Positions 26,359-39,067 of a stretch of DNA of 64,000 bases are shown here, piece by piece (position 1 is the stretch's first letter; each line of letters begins with the position of its first letter). Below the pieces are notes generated by a model. That model had not been told where the DNA came from. It was given only the letters and a program-made list of their open reading frames with translations, and did no database searches. Source of the stretch: Paramecium tetraurelia (taxonomy: Eukaryota); contig CT868463.1 of the NCBI GenBank assembly GCA_000165425.1, forward strand, positions 62,001 to 126,000, written 5' to 3'. Made by a program: the position numbers and the translations under genes.

Positions 26359-28744
26359 TCATTTTTTTTAAGTTGCTTTCATCATTTTTTAATTCAATTA
26401 CTTTAATTTCATCTTTCTTTAGGTTTCTTTATTAATAAATTCTTTCACGTAAGGAGATTCATGTACCTTTCCTGGCAGTAGAATATTTTATTTAAAAGAA
26501 ACTTTTTTTGCAGAAGTACCTCAGAATTTAATAACTATTTACTTCGACTAGAAGTGGTGAAAAATGATTTCTCAAGACTTTACTAAGTATGTTATTTCGA
26601 TGAAATAATCTATTTAAGTTCTCTTTATGATGGTATTTTTTTTTATTCTTCAATAAACTTATAACCACCTCCTTTCCAGTCATAAACAAATTTAGATAAA
26701 TTTCTATTGGTTGTTATTAATGGTAAAGCTACCATAGATTTGGAGTCAATTATTTTCTAAGGAGGTGCTTTTGCCAATGCATTTGGTTTTGGTAGAATTG
26801 GAGTGGAGAGATTATCTAGTATTTTAGTACGAGGTGTTCTAGGAACGTAAGGTTTTACTTCCTTCAATTGTAAAGGTGTTTGAAGTCTTGGACTGAAGAT
26901 CGACTTTGGAGATTCCTTTCTTTACAAATATGCTTCTCTATTGAAATAATGATCTAATCTAAAAATGGCAAAATACCTTTAATTTTTGGCAATGGATAAT
27001 GCTTTAGTTTTGCTTTTGTTCCATCAATCACTTCGGTTGTAGTGTCGATTTGGGAATAATGCTGTACTGATTGATTTTTACCATGCTAAATGATATGTTT
27101 TCTTTGATCTGCAATAATTCTATCTCTTAAACTAATTTAGCTCCTTTGAATAGCCATGATCCTTTCATGCTATTGCCTATGCAATTCATTTATTTATTCT
27201 TTCAGTTTGATTTCATACACTTCCAATCTTAGAATATGTTTCTCAATTAGATTAGTTAAGTATAATTTATAAGAATTTGATAAATTACTCTAGTTGACAT
27301 TCTAAATTTAATTAACTAAAATTACCTCTTCTAATGCTCTTCTTTGGATAGGAAAATTACTTGCTTGCATTTAAAACTTGATCAATTGTTCTTAATAGTT
27401 ATGTAATTATTTCTGATCTTATTCAATCTGATATCTTAAGGAATCTGCTGCATTTCTGTCTATTCCATCGATTCGCTGTAGATTTTCTTAACTTTCATTG
27501 ACTGTAAATTTAATCTACTCAATTTCCCATTGGTACTTAAAAATAGATTAATTAATGTCTTGTTCATTATTAAAATGTTCAATTATATTTTCTTCATATA
27601 ATTTGGTTTGTTCTTTTTCATTATTATTAACACCGGATTTTTAATTGGGCTTATGATTTAACTATTTCTTTAATTCTACGTTCTCGTTTATTAATTAATC
27701 ATAGATTGATTTAAAATCTTCCTGATGATTACTTTATTGTAGATTCTTGATGGATCCTTAATTAAAAATCCCTGCAGCCATTGAACAATATTCAAGTGTT
27801 TGGATGGTCTCTTCATAATTCGTTACTTAAGGAGAGACACAGCCAATAATAAGAGTTTTTGAATTACCACAAAAAGAGTCTTTGAGTATTTTAGTGAGTT
27901 TGCTGTTTCGATATGGGATGAATGGCTGAATATTTTTGCTCTGAGCTTCGCTTAGTAAGGATATGCAATCATTGAGAACTTATAAGGATGCAGACTTTTG
28001 TCCACCTTTCTCAAATCCAGCTAGATCAGCAATTATAAATTTAGAAACTGTGATTTCATTATTTGAACCTACAATATCTTGAATGTAGTTTGTAAAAATT
28101 AGAATTTCGTGTTGCTTGGTTGATTTTTGTCTTTTTCCATACTAGATTAAATTGATCACTTCTTAAGTGCTGGCAACATCAATTTCTCTCATTCCACTTA
28201 TGACTATTCCTTTCTCTACATCATCTTTGATGTCGAGATTGCTGTTCATATTGTTTAGTAAATCGTAGAGTTACTCTTATTACAATTCTAAATATGAAAA
28301 TTTCATCTACACTTTCCTTTTTTTATTGTGAATAGTTTAATATAGTTAATTAAGAGCTCGTATTAATAATCCATAATCTTCATTCAATTTCACAAGTCTT
28401 AATTATTGGAAATATTTACGTATGAGTTTTTCCAGTTCCAGATGCCCCGTAACTAAAGAGCGTAACATTTATTCCATCCAACAGAGAAAGTACCTAATAC
28501 TCAAGAGCCTTCTCAAATATATCCTTTTGAGAAGCTATTTAGTCAAAAATCCAATTGAACTTATAGGTCCTTTTGCCCTACTTAACATCCGCCTCTACTG
28601 GAGCAATTGCTGCTAAAGTCTCTTGATCTAAAACCTTTAGAGTGCTCTTGTCTTAAATCTCTAGATCTCTGTAGTTAATAGGTTTTATTCGAATGACAAC
28701 CTATAAAAATCAATACTAATTACTTTTATGTTTTCAAGTAACAT
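26359..28744 (-). CDS. Divergent kinesin-family protein
   Basis: [49 protein letters not shown], then coiled coil and S/P-rich tail. Confidence 0.9.
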
Positions 28745-29279
28745 TTTAATTAATAATGATAATTATTTACAAAGTCACTAATAATATATGTAAATATATT
28801 ATGTATAAGTTAAAGATGAAATATTAAATAATTATTATTTATTCATTTAAAATAAAATATTATTTTACTTTTATTATATAAACTAATTCTATACACTTTA
28901 GATTATTTTGCAATAAAATAAAGTTTGGAAGGTTAATCTGTTAGTTTTTTGAGAGTCACTATTGTCTTTGCTCATTTATGTAATTTAGTACTAAAGTTAA
29001 TTGGCTTAAAAAGATTTTCAGATTCATTTACAGCATGGTTGTCTCATTTTTTTAGCTATAAGAAAGATCTAGTCTTAGAATTCTAATTTATCACCACTCT
29101 TTTGACAGGTTTAAAATATGATAATACGATCTATCATCGTTTTATCGTATTTAATCAAAAGATAAGTTTGTTAAGCGAGAATATTTTTCTATAAATGATT
29201 TAATTATCTTGATATTTTATCTGTACATTTTATAGAAATATTTACAATTTCTCGAATATTATTATCCAAAATAATATCA

Positions 29280-29626
29280 ATGAAGTCTTGTTAAATTGAA
29301 GAAGAGGATATGCATCCTACAACTTAACCAGGGTTTATTACTGTTGTAGTTAAAGTAAGCTGTAACATTTTCACAAATGTGACAAGCATCAAAATAGATC
29401 CATAAATTCCATTTAACTTATTTTGCAATTTAGTTAAAGAGATGATATTCTCGTCAATTGATTAAAGTATTAAACATTAATATATATTTTAGAGTAAGCC
29501 GACACAAATTTTGAATACATAAAATAGAACTAAGTAATTGAAGAGAAAGAAATAAAAAGTTTATTAGAATTGGGATTTACAAATCAAGATGTTTTGGAAA
29601 TTAAATTTAAATTGAGGGGTGGCTGA
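29280..29626 (+). CDS. Ubiquitin-like paralog ending KFKLRGG-stop
   Basis: One 26-nt intron (29467-29492); IDPQIPFNLFCNLVKEMIF, KSLLELGFTNQDVLEIKFKLRGG. Confidence 0.82.
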
Positions 29627-29824
29627 TTCGCATTTAATGTGCTTTAATGATGTATATAAACATTTCTTATAATAAATTCTAATTATTAATAGAATAAGGA
29701 TAATAATATTGTTATTATTTAATAATAAAGAGCAGTATAGTGATCAATTGATACTAATTACAATCCATCTCCTAATCAACATTAATTATAAATTAAAAAT
29801 CAATATGTCAAAATAATTAAAATT

Positions 29825-30530
29825 ATGATATATATCTAACTAATCTACACTATGCTAATGGTTTCTGAGCTATCAAGAGAATATCCTATTAGAAAACTTT
29901 TTGAATTAGCTGATGAAATTTAGTAAGAAGAGCAATGTTTTTATTATTGGATTTCGTTTAGATGAAAAATTAAATTAGTAAATTTAAAGAGTATTAAGGG
30001 AAAAGGATAATAAGTTATTAATGATCTAAGGAAAATTAATTGTTTCCAAAAAATGCATTCATAAGATATAGAAAAAAATAGACAATAATATTTAAAGGTA
30101 TTCTTATGAGATGAGAGAAACTGAGGAATAAATGATTACAATTACAATAGTAATAGAAAAACTTAATGATACAAAAACCTTTTTAATATTAGTTGCAGTT
30201 AGAATAACAGAATCTTAATAATAAATACAAAGATATTAAAATTATATCTAATAATTAGATGTTGCTTATAAACAAAGATTTAATTCATAAATTCAATAAC
30301 TATCTAATTTGTAAGTACATGGAAGGAAAATATATTTTAGAACAGAGATGCAAAATGGATACGTAATTGGAGAAATAAATTTCAAGGACATCTAATTGTT
30401 GCCAATAACAGATAGTGAGGGAATTAAAATGGGCTGGAGACAATAGTATAATTAATTATAAAAGATTTTTATTGGAATTTGTAGGAGAGAGAAGTAGTTT
30501 GAATAAATGATCCAATATAATTGTAAGTGA
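29825..30530 (+). CDS. Hypothetical protein; start could be 29852
   Basis: Open frame after a 25-nt intron; helical N-terminal part. Confidence 0.55.
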
Positions 30531-30687
30531 AATTGTAGATTTGTAATAGGAGTCTAGAGTTCTCAAAAACTATTTAGTTTAGGGTCTAAGAAGAAAGTGA
30601 GAATCAGGGATGAAGTCTATAATGTGAAAGTGAAGAATCATCTTATTTAATACCTATAAAAGATGAAAAAACTTTATTAATTAATTA

Positions 30688-32589
30688 ATGAATTAAGACA
30701 CCACCAATGTGATTTTAGTAGTGATTACTAACAAGGCGAATAAGACTCTTGGACATGACAAGTATTTCAAAGTGTTCAGCCAATTCGGTACAATTCAGAG
30801 GGTAAGGATGCTATTAGCATATATAGATGCTCATTTTCGAAAGATCATTGACATGGAAGACATTTGTAGAATTTGATAATCCTGAGTCTGCAATTAAGGC
30901 AAGATAAGTTATGAATGACAAACCTTTTTGTGATGATTCGTAATTGATGATGAATGTATATGCAAGTAAGCTGACATACATCACATTTTAAGAGAATAAT
31001 ACTGGCGGTGTTGGTATAACCATATATTTACTTAGATTACACTTTGTTACGTAAGTAATAACAACCTGCTCAAAAACCACCTTAATAACCTATTCCAATC
31101 TAATTTCTTTAATCACAAATGTAATTTCAGCATCAAATGTCTTAATAGATACAATAAATTAATTCTTTTATGGGTTAACTTTAGTAGGTGAGTGCTGAAG
31201 GGTTCTCCACAACAATGATTTCTTCATCTGACTTATAGTCATAGATTGAAAAGTAGCAGTCATTGTTGAATCAAATATATGAATGCCAAGCGAATTTCCA
31301 ACACTTAACAGATCAATATCAAAACTTCCTATAAGACGTTAACAAATAAGAGGAGACCTAAGCAACCACTGTGTAATAGAAGTAATCAAATAGAAAGAAG
31401 CTGACTTTGCCAGCAGATCAGAAGAAGAAAACTGATTAAATAGAATTTATACAGAGTTATCGAGATAACAATACAGAAAGCTTATTTAATAGTTAAGATT
31501 AGAAGATTGAGGATGATGATTTGAATTTCTAAGGTCTGGGATTAAGAGAATCGGATGATGAAATCGTTGGATCTGAACATTGCGATGATGAAGATGAGGA
31601 AGATGAAGAATAAAATGAATTCCTAAAATACTTTGATCAGAACTCAGACAACAAATAAATCAACAATTTCTAAAATGCTTTTCAAAATAATGACAAACCC
31701 TAATAACAATTCTAATCATAATAATTACAACAATCAAATCTATCTTAAACCTCCTCTTAGCCTACTTCATCTTCTAATTTGGATTAATTCAAAAATAAAA
31801 TTATCAGAATGCCTGTATCCAAGAGTTAGACTTTACAATAAGTAGAAAAATAGTAATTGGATAAAATGCAATAAAGTGCTGACAAAATAGAAGAATACAT
31901 TAATCCTAAGTTTTTACAATGTATATTAATTGTAATATGTGATAGCTGTGCGAAAATCCAGAGTAATCTATGCAAGATGGTTTGACAAAAAAGTCGTGAC
32001 TTCTCAAATGCTTTATAACTTATTTAGTATTTATGGCAACATCGATAAAATGATCTACCTAAAGGAGAGATCTAGTGCTCTCATCTAATATGTTACTTAA
32101 GACCATGCTGCCATTGCTAAAGAATCTCTAAACGATATCATGTTTTATGGACAATCTATTAAAGTAATTATATTCTTCATTTATTACTAGATCTTTTTTT
32201 CGAACTACGAAGAAATTTCACTAAAGACTTAACCAACTAAACCTGGAGAATTCACTCAAGATGTCAAAACCCAAGAAGAGTACTTTTAGGGAGGAGAAGA
32301 AACTCATAGAATCAAACCTGATAGCACTTATACTTTAGCCCCACCTTGTGATACTATATAGGTGTCCAACTTGACAAAAAATTCATGCCAAGTTGCAGTC
32401 TTATAGCAATACCTTTAAGATTATGGTCAAATTAAATAATACAAATTAGTCACGAATGCTACGAAGTACATGGCCATTCTCAAGTACCCAAGCACAGAAG
32501 TGGCTATAACTGTTTTGGCTAATAATAATGGATTGGAATTGGATGGTAAATAAATTTAAATAAATTTCTCAAAACAAAAACTCATATGA
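30688..32589 (+). CDS. PTB/hnRNP-L-like RRM RNA-binding protein
   Basis: VFSQFGTIQRMLIF...FVEFDNPESAIKAR; LYNLFSIYGNIDKM; third RRM ending LDGKQIQINFSK; Q-rich and acidic linker. Confidence 0.85.
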
Positions 32590-32609
32590 AAAATTTTTAT
32601 GTTATTAAT

Positions 32610-33342
32610 ATGATATAAAAAAAAATAGTACTCAAATTAGCTATTAAACATAATCCACCAAGTTTATTCGTCATCTATCGTTACAATTTGAAAGATAAAA
32701 AACTCAGAAGGTCACTCAATCTGATTATTTTAGATATCGAATTGAGCTTAATTCCTTGGTCTATATGGCAACTCCAGATTTAATCACTTAGCAACTCTAT
32801 ATTGAACATGATGATTATTTAAATGACAATAATGTGGAGTATGAATAAGTATATAGACTGGTTTAAATGCTATATGATCATCAACAATAGAAAAGTGGAA
32901 CGAGAAGATCAGTCATCAAAAACCTTGATCAAGTTGAATCCTATATCGAGAGCGATTAAGATGAATTAAATAAGAGTATAATGATGGAACAAGATGATAA
33001 TTGGCAAACTCCTCCTAATAGAAGAACAGGTATTTTGATATCAATTGAATTCAAGAAACTATCTATCCAAAAGACAATAGTAAATTTAAATAAGTACCTT
33101 CCAGCGAAAGCATGAATTTAAGCATCAGCGGAATGTAGAATTTTATGTAGGGTTAATAGAAAAAGCCAAATAATCTTACGTATTTACCTATCCATAATTT
33201 TGATGAATAAATTAACAAAAATAGGCGATTTGTAGAGGATTAAATTCAATAAAACCAATAAAGCTATTTTAAGAATAAATTCATTGAGTTACCACAGCCT
33301 TTACTTAACAGAAATAATTAAAAAATCAATAATTATTATTGA
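32610..33342 (+). CDS. CEP19: CEP19-like centriolar protein
   Basis: KLAIKHNPPSLFVIY...KLRRYRIEL...QQLYIEHDDYL...EQVYRLVQML resembles the CEP19 N-terminal domain; two short introns. Confidence 0.6.
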
Positions 33343-33954
33343 TATAAAATTCATAATCTATTTCTCATCTTTCTTTCTATTTTTTCATCAAATTTGCTCT
33401 TACACATCTTCTTATGGTAAGGATTTTAAATTTCAACTATTAATTATATGATATTTTTATTCGAAAAAATATGAATGATTCTATATTTTATATAAATATA
33501 ATATTTGAACTTTTTAAGATTCTAAAATGTCGAATCAATAGTTACTTTTGAATTATTTTCCCTTATTTTTTTATACTTTACTTTTATTAATCTATTATTA
33601 CTTAGGGAAATTTATATTATTAGATTAAATTATATTAAATATTTTATAAGTATCTTTTTTATTTAGATTCTTAATTTGTAAATTCTACTTCAAAAAAAGA
33701 TTTTAGATGAAAGCATGAAGATCACCGCTCATAATTTTAAGAGGCTCAACTAAAGAATTAGATCATTAAAACCATAGTAAAATCCAAAAATAATTCTATG
33801 AAAGTTCTAATTAAAAGTTACTGTTTTTTAGTTGTGTAAAGTATCACACAAAAAATAAAAAATAATGATATATATATAAAAAGGAAGAATGGCTAATAAT
33901 TATTTATAATATTATATAATATAGAAATTCTAAATAACTTTACTAAAATTAAAA

Positions 33955-34797
33955 ATGAGCATAGAAGATGTAATGTTGGAAGCCCATAAATTGGGGTATC
34001 ATATAGATGAAAAAACAGTGAAACATAATTTTGAGTATTTTAAACATAACCTAAACATGTGTGTATGTGCAAATTGTTAATGTGGAAATTGTTAATGCAG
34101 GAATCCCAGATTTTAATTGGCTACAAGTTATAGAAAAATGTCCTTAACACCTAAAGTCAGTGTAAAAGATACTCCTATCACTATAAGTCCAAGTTTTTAT
34201 TAGACATTTGAGAATTCTTATAGGTAGATGCAAGGTCTCCCAAATTAATTTGTTACAAGCAATTAAAGGTAATATAGAGGATTCAGTCTGGCTGATACTC
34301 CTGTGAGATCTGCTAAATCTGGAGTGGCAAACTCTATTTCTTTTGAGGGGAATACCAGTTATAAACAGTTCTTTTAAGATAAACCTCAATAAAAGTATTT
34401 GCAATTCAAGAGACCATATGAAAAGCATACAGGTCCTTTAAAAATAAGTTAATTGAAAACATAGAATTAAAGGGCTTATTAAAGGCTTAAGATAGAGTCC
34501 TAAAGAGCTAATGCGGATTAAAATTAGAGGGATCAAATTTTTAGAGTGTAATATTTAATTCATTAAGTAATTAGCAATTTATCGATTCCAATGAATACGA
34601 TTTATTAATCTTCTTTTAAAGAGATTGGTCATTTAAGTTAATCATTAGGTAGAGAAGAGTGTAAAAAGAGGAAATAAGAGAATCTTTAATGCATAAATCA
34701 AATTACGTTGCCTTTTTAAGCGAAATCAGTTTCAAACTAATAGTATAGAAATAACCCTCTGTTTTTTTGTCCGGCTAAATTATAAAAATATTAATGA
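33955..34797 (+). CDS. SAXO/STOP-like microtubule-associated protein
   Basis: N-terminal CVCANCQCGNCQC then repeated T/S-x-Y-x-x-x-F/Y motifs. Confidence 0.6.
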
Positions 34798-34809
34798 ATA
34801 CTTATAATT

Positions 34810-35215
34810 TATAATCAAGAGTAAATCAAGAAATTTAAAGAGCTCTTTGCAATGTTTTACAAGGATAGATTAGGAACCATTTCAAAAATGAAATCTGTAA
34901 TCTGATGAAAGAATGTGGAGAAATCCTACACCTTAATATTGAAGAAAATGACTTAAAGAAGTAGATGTTGATGGAAATGGAGATGTGGATTTTTTGATGA
35001 ATTTATTGTTTTGATGGGGAAAAGAATGAGAGAAGAAGAAACAAATCAAGAATTGAACTAGGCATATAATGCATTATATTTAGATAAAGATTGATTTCTA
35101 TAGTAAAAATTACCAGAAAATGACTAAATGAATTATTCTTAAAGGTGATTTGGATAAAGATGGCAAATTTAGTTTTGATGAATTTATTAGATTATTAGAT
35201 TTATTACCCTAAATG
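34810..35215 (+). pseudogene. Calmodulin-like pseudogene
   Basis: Fragments EQIKKFKELFAMFYKDRLGTIS, EVDVDGNGDVDF, DEFIVLMGKRMREE, GDLDKDGKFSFDEF lie in different frames with stops and no intron boundaries to join them. Confidence 0.75.
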
Positions 35216-35366
35216 ATAAGAAAGATTACATACTAATACATTAAAATAATGTATGATTTAAGAAAAACCAAATATGTATTGAAAAATTTTTAAAATAATA
35301 GCAACCTTTTCTTCAAGAAATCATATCTTCATATAAACTTAACTGTTAAATATTTGTTTATTTGAA

Positions 35367-36200
35367 TCATTCTAAAACAATTCCTTATTATTTTAGACTT
35401 CTGATAACCAATGCCTCGTAATCCTTTAGAAACACTTTGCCATCTCGGTCTTCATCTGCCATTTCCATCCACAATTCTACATCTTCTTGAGTAGGTTCAA
35501 TTGACATTCCCATCAATTTATATGTTTCCTGAAGCAATGATGGAACCTAAATGACTTGCCTTTATTTTTACATGCTTTTCTGTAATGAATCCATTTTTTT
35601 CTGTATCCAACATTCTAAAAATTCTTCTTGCTACTTCCAATCTCTCTTACACCACTGAACTGTAAGTTGTTTTAACTGGAGGGGAATTAGGGATGGATGA
35701 AGCCTAATTAGTGACTACAGTTTATTTTTGAACTGTTATAACTTTGCTATTCTGGTTGCTTGATACTTATCTGTTGATATTGCTTGTCTCATAAGACCTT
35801 TGTTGATTTGTGTTTTGTTCAGGTACTGCTCTTTCGCTTCTTTCACTTCTATCGAAATTACCTCCAAAGTATTTTATGCACAAAGCTTCAATATCCTTAT
35901 CCGTCACCATCCCACATTAGCGTCCTAAAATAATTCTGTATCATTGGTACTGTCTATGATTCTGGAAAAAGCAGCAATATCTGTTGGAGTTGGATTGAAT
36001 CCTTTATTCATGGCTCTGTAACAATCTGATTGTATGTAGCCCACTTCGAAGGAATCTAATGTGCCGTTTCCATCCCCATCATAAATTGACATAATTTTCT
36101 TTGCTAATGCTTAGCACTCTTCCTTTGTCATAATTCCTCCAAATTGAACTGAATCAGACATTTTCAAGGTTGAATATTTGATATCCCTATTAGGATCCAT
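35367..36200 (-). CDS. Four-EF-hand calcium-binding protein, TCBP-25/PCBP-25 family
   Basis: YDGDGNGTLDSFE; RLEVARRIFRMLD; LLQETYKLMGMSIEPTQEDVELWMEMADEDRDGKV. Confidence 0.85.
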
Positions 36201-36583
36201 CTAAACTCTTAATAATTATTTAATATTATGCTATCACTCTGTAAATCTCTTTTTATTGATTGTCAATACAAAATAAGTCAAAACCTGACGTATATTAGAT
36301 TACCAAAAACGAAAATAAATGGAAATCATATATTTCTGATTTTTAGATTACTAGTCGTTGTTAATATTTATATTGTACTATATTTGAATAAAATAAAGAT
36401 GAATCCATTATAATTGCTTGACATCTCGAGAAATACAAGGGTATCAAACTTCCTCTAACCCCATCATTCAAGTAATAAAATTAGAATAGTAAGGTTTATT
36501 ACACAGTTAGGATGCCTTACTGGATACTAATAAGGATATCTATAAATAACTAATACAATATCATTTGAATTATAATAAATATT

Positions 36584-37036
36584 ATGACATTAACTATTTT
36601 AATTTTAGGAGGACTGTTGTTTTTGGCTCTCATTGGGATAATGTTAATTAAACACTTCTGTAATAAAAAATAATAAGTGGAAAGTAAAAGTCCAGAAGCA
36701 ATTTAAAACAATTAGCATATTGATTTAGGTGATTAGGAAGTAATCCCTGATTCTCATTAGTCTCAAATTCATAAACAACAAATTTAAGTTAAATCGATAA
36801 AGTAATCTAATACTCCAAGCAGAAAAGGCAAATAAAAAAAAGAAAAATAGTTAATGGGCGAGATTGCATTTTAGTTTAATGATGATAGTGATAATGAAAA
36901 TGATAAAAATTCTTCAGGGACTGATTAGCAGCAGTCATTAAATATGAGAGAATAAGCGGAATTTAATTTTTAGTAATCGGAACATAACTTAGAGGAGTTA
37001 GTAACGCCAACATAAGTAAATAGTTAAGAAATTTGA
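36584..37036 (+). CDS. Small single-pass membrane protein
   Basis: MTLTILILGGLLFLALIGIMLIKHFC then a polar tail; TGA at 37034. Confidence 0.65.
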
Positions 37037-37059
37037 GTATAATTATATATATTTTTTAA

Positions 37060-38915
37060 ATGTCTACAGAATGTACCCAAATATTTTTTCCATCCGATTA
37101 ATAAAATGAGGAGGGATACATTATTGGATTCAACACAAGAGGGTTTAATTTTACTATATTACAAATTATAAATAATAAAAGCATCGAAGAAATAGAAAAC
37201 CAATTAAACAATTGGGATAAGCAAGAGAGGATTCAACTAATTTGTGGAGTAAATTTGAATATTAACAGTTTAGACGAAACTACAGGTGCTAGGAATAGTT
37301 GGCAAAAAAAGCGATTAATAATTCAGAGAAACCTGGTTGTGGTTAAAAAATAATAAATTGGAAGAGTTGATGATATGTGGATATAAATATTAAACAAAGT
37401 GCACAATAGTTTATTATGATAAGCTGGTTTAAAATTAGATAATTTCGAATGAAATAGATAATTTTTTGGATCCGAATCATAAATCAATCTTAACAATAAA
37501 TCCAATGATAGCATTTGACTAAAATCACTCAGAGGAGATCACTAAAATATGTGATAAGGATAAATTGAATGAATTAGATTATTCACTAATACATATTAAT
37601 TGGAGATAACATATTTTGAGAGAGTTCAATAGGTATATTAATAGTAAACCCAATTCTGAAGACAAATATTATTATTGTTATCTTAGAAATGATACTATAA
37701 ACACTTTGTTGAAAATCATTCTCAAAATTACATATTTTTAGAAAATAGTATTCTAATTTGTAATAAAAATTATGGAATTTAGAATTATGGGCAAAAATCT
37801 CTAAGACTTCGGTTTCTTATCTTACACTATGAAGTAAGTGAACTTCAAGTATAATTTATTTAATAAATGGAATGATCAAGCTGGAGAATTAGTATCATAA
37901 CACTAGCCTTTATTTATATCTAATTTGAAATATAATTATCATAAGTTGTTCTCAGGTATCTTATTTGTGTTTTTGGATATATTATTTGGTGTATTAAGTT
38001 TGTTAATACTTTATTATAATGTGACTTAATTGAGAGACTTCTTACATAAGTATGGTTCTAGTATTCATATAGAAGTGTTGTCAAAAGAAGTTGAATGGTT
38101 GATGGGATTTCCTGCAGGACTCAAAACCAACAAGCCTTTAAATTACGTTTTGGGATAGATGATCATGTATATAATTGTCCTTTGGAATCACATTACAACA
38201 TTTATTACACCATACGAAAACATTTTATTAAGAGCTGTAATGATATTTGGATTGTTTGGATTAAATTTTGAATTGTCCTTGGCTATAGATATTATATCTT
38301 TATGCACAATTCATGTGTATTACATATATAAAATGTTGATGGTAATTTATAGATAATTGTGGGTGATGATAATTTGTTTTTATCGAATAACCTAAAATAA
38401 ATTTATCAACAAATTTAGAAACAAACTAGAAGATCATCCATTTTTATGGGATCAAAAGATTATCTCTATGTTTTTAGGTTTCTTTTTACTTATGATGATT
38501 CCAACAGTCTCATTATACTATTTTTGGTTCTTGTTGATTGTGATATTCATCTATTTAGTAAAATTAACCTTAATTAGTTTTCAAAGGATATTCAGCAAGT
38601 TCCCATTATTTTTATTATGTTCTTATTTATACCTACACAATATACCTTAAACATTGGAGATGAATATTTAATAAATATAAAATAATACTGTGATTGTAAA
38701 GATGATTTATAAGAAGGTGAAAATTACTTAAGTAATAAAATTGAATAGTAAATTATATTAATATTCTAGAATTGGTGACTCTAAAATAACAATTTAATAT
38801 AGCTTAGATCATTAAATCAATATTCGTTGGTTAAGATATTATGATCAAATCAAAAACCCAGAAAACAGCGATTAAATAAATTAAACACAGTGTAGATCAT
38901 TTGGTACAATTATGA
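37060..38915 (+). CDS. PIGQ: GPI-GlcNAc transferase subunit Gpi1/PIG-Q
   Basis: IFFP...GYIIGFN N-terminus; WLMGFPAGLKTN signature; multiple TM segments, LLMMIPTVSLYY. Confidence 0.85.
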
Positions 38916-39067
38916 TTATTATCATATAATAAAGATTAGTTCATTTTGATATTCTTTAGATACTTAAAATAAGTAATTGGGATGATTTTAGCTAAATAAT
39001 TTTAGCTTGAAATATTGAGAAAAAATAATTTAAAAATATTGATCTGTTGTATATTTATGCATTTATT

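Noticed and set aside
36228..36587. Open frame whose TGA overlaps ATG 36584
   Set aside because: No protein-like signal; long open frames arise by chance with a single stop codon
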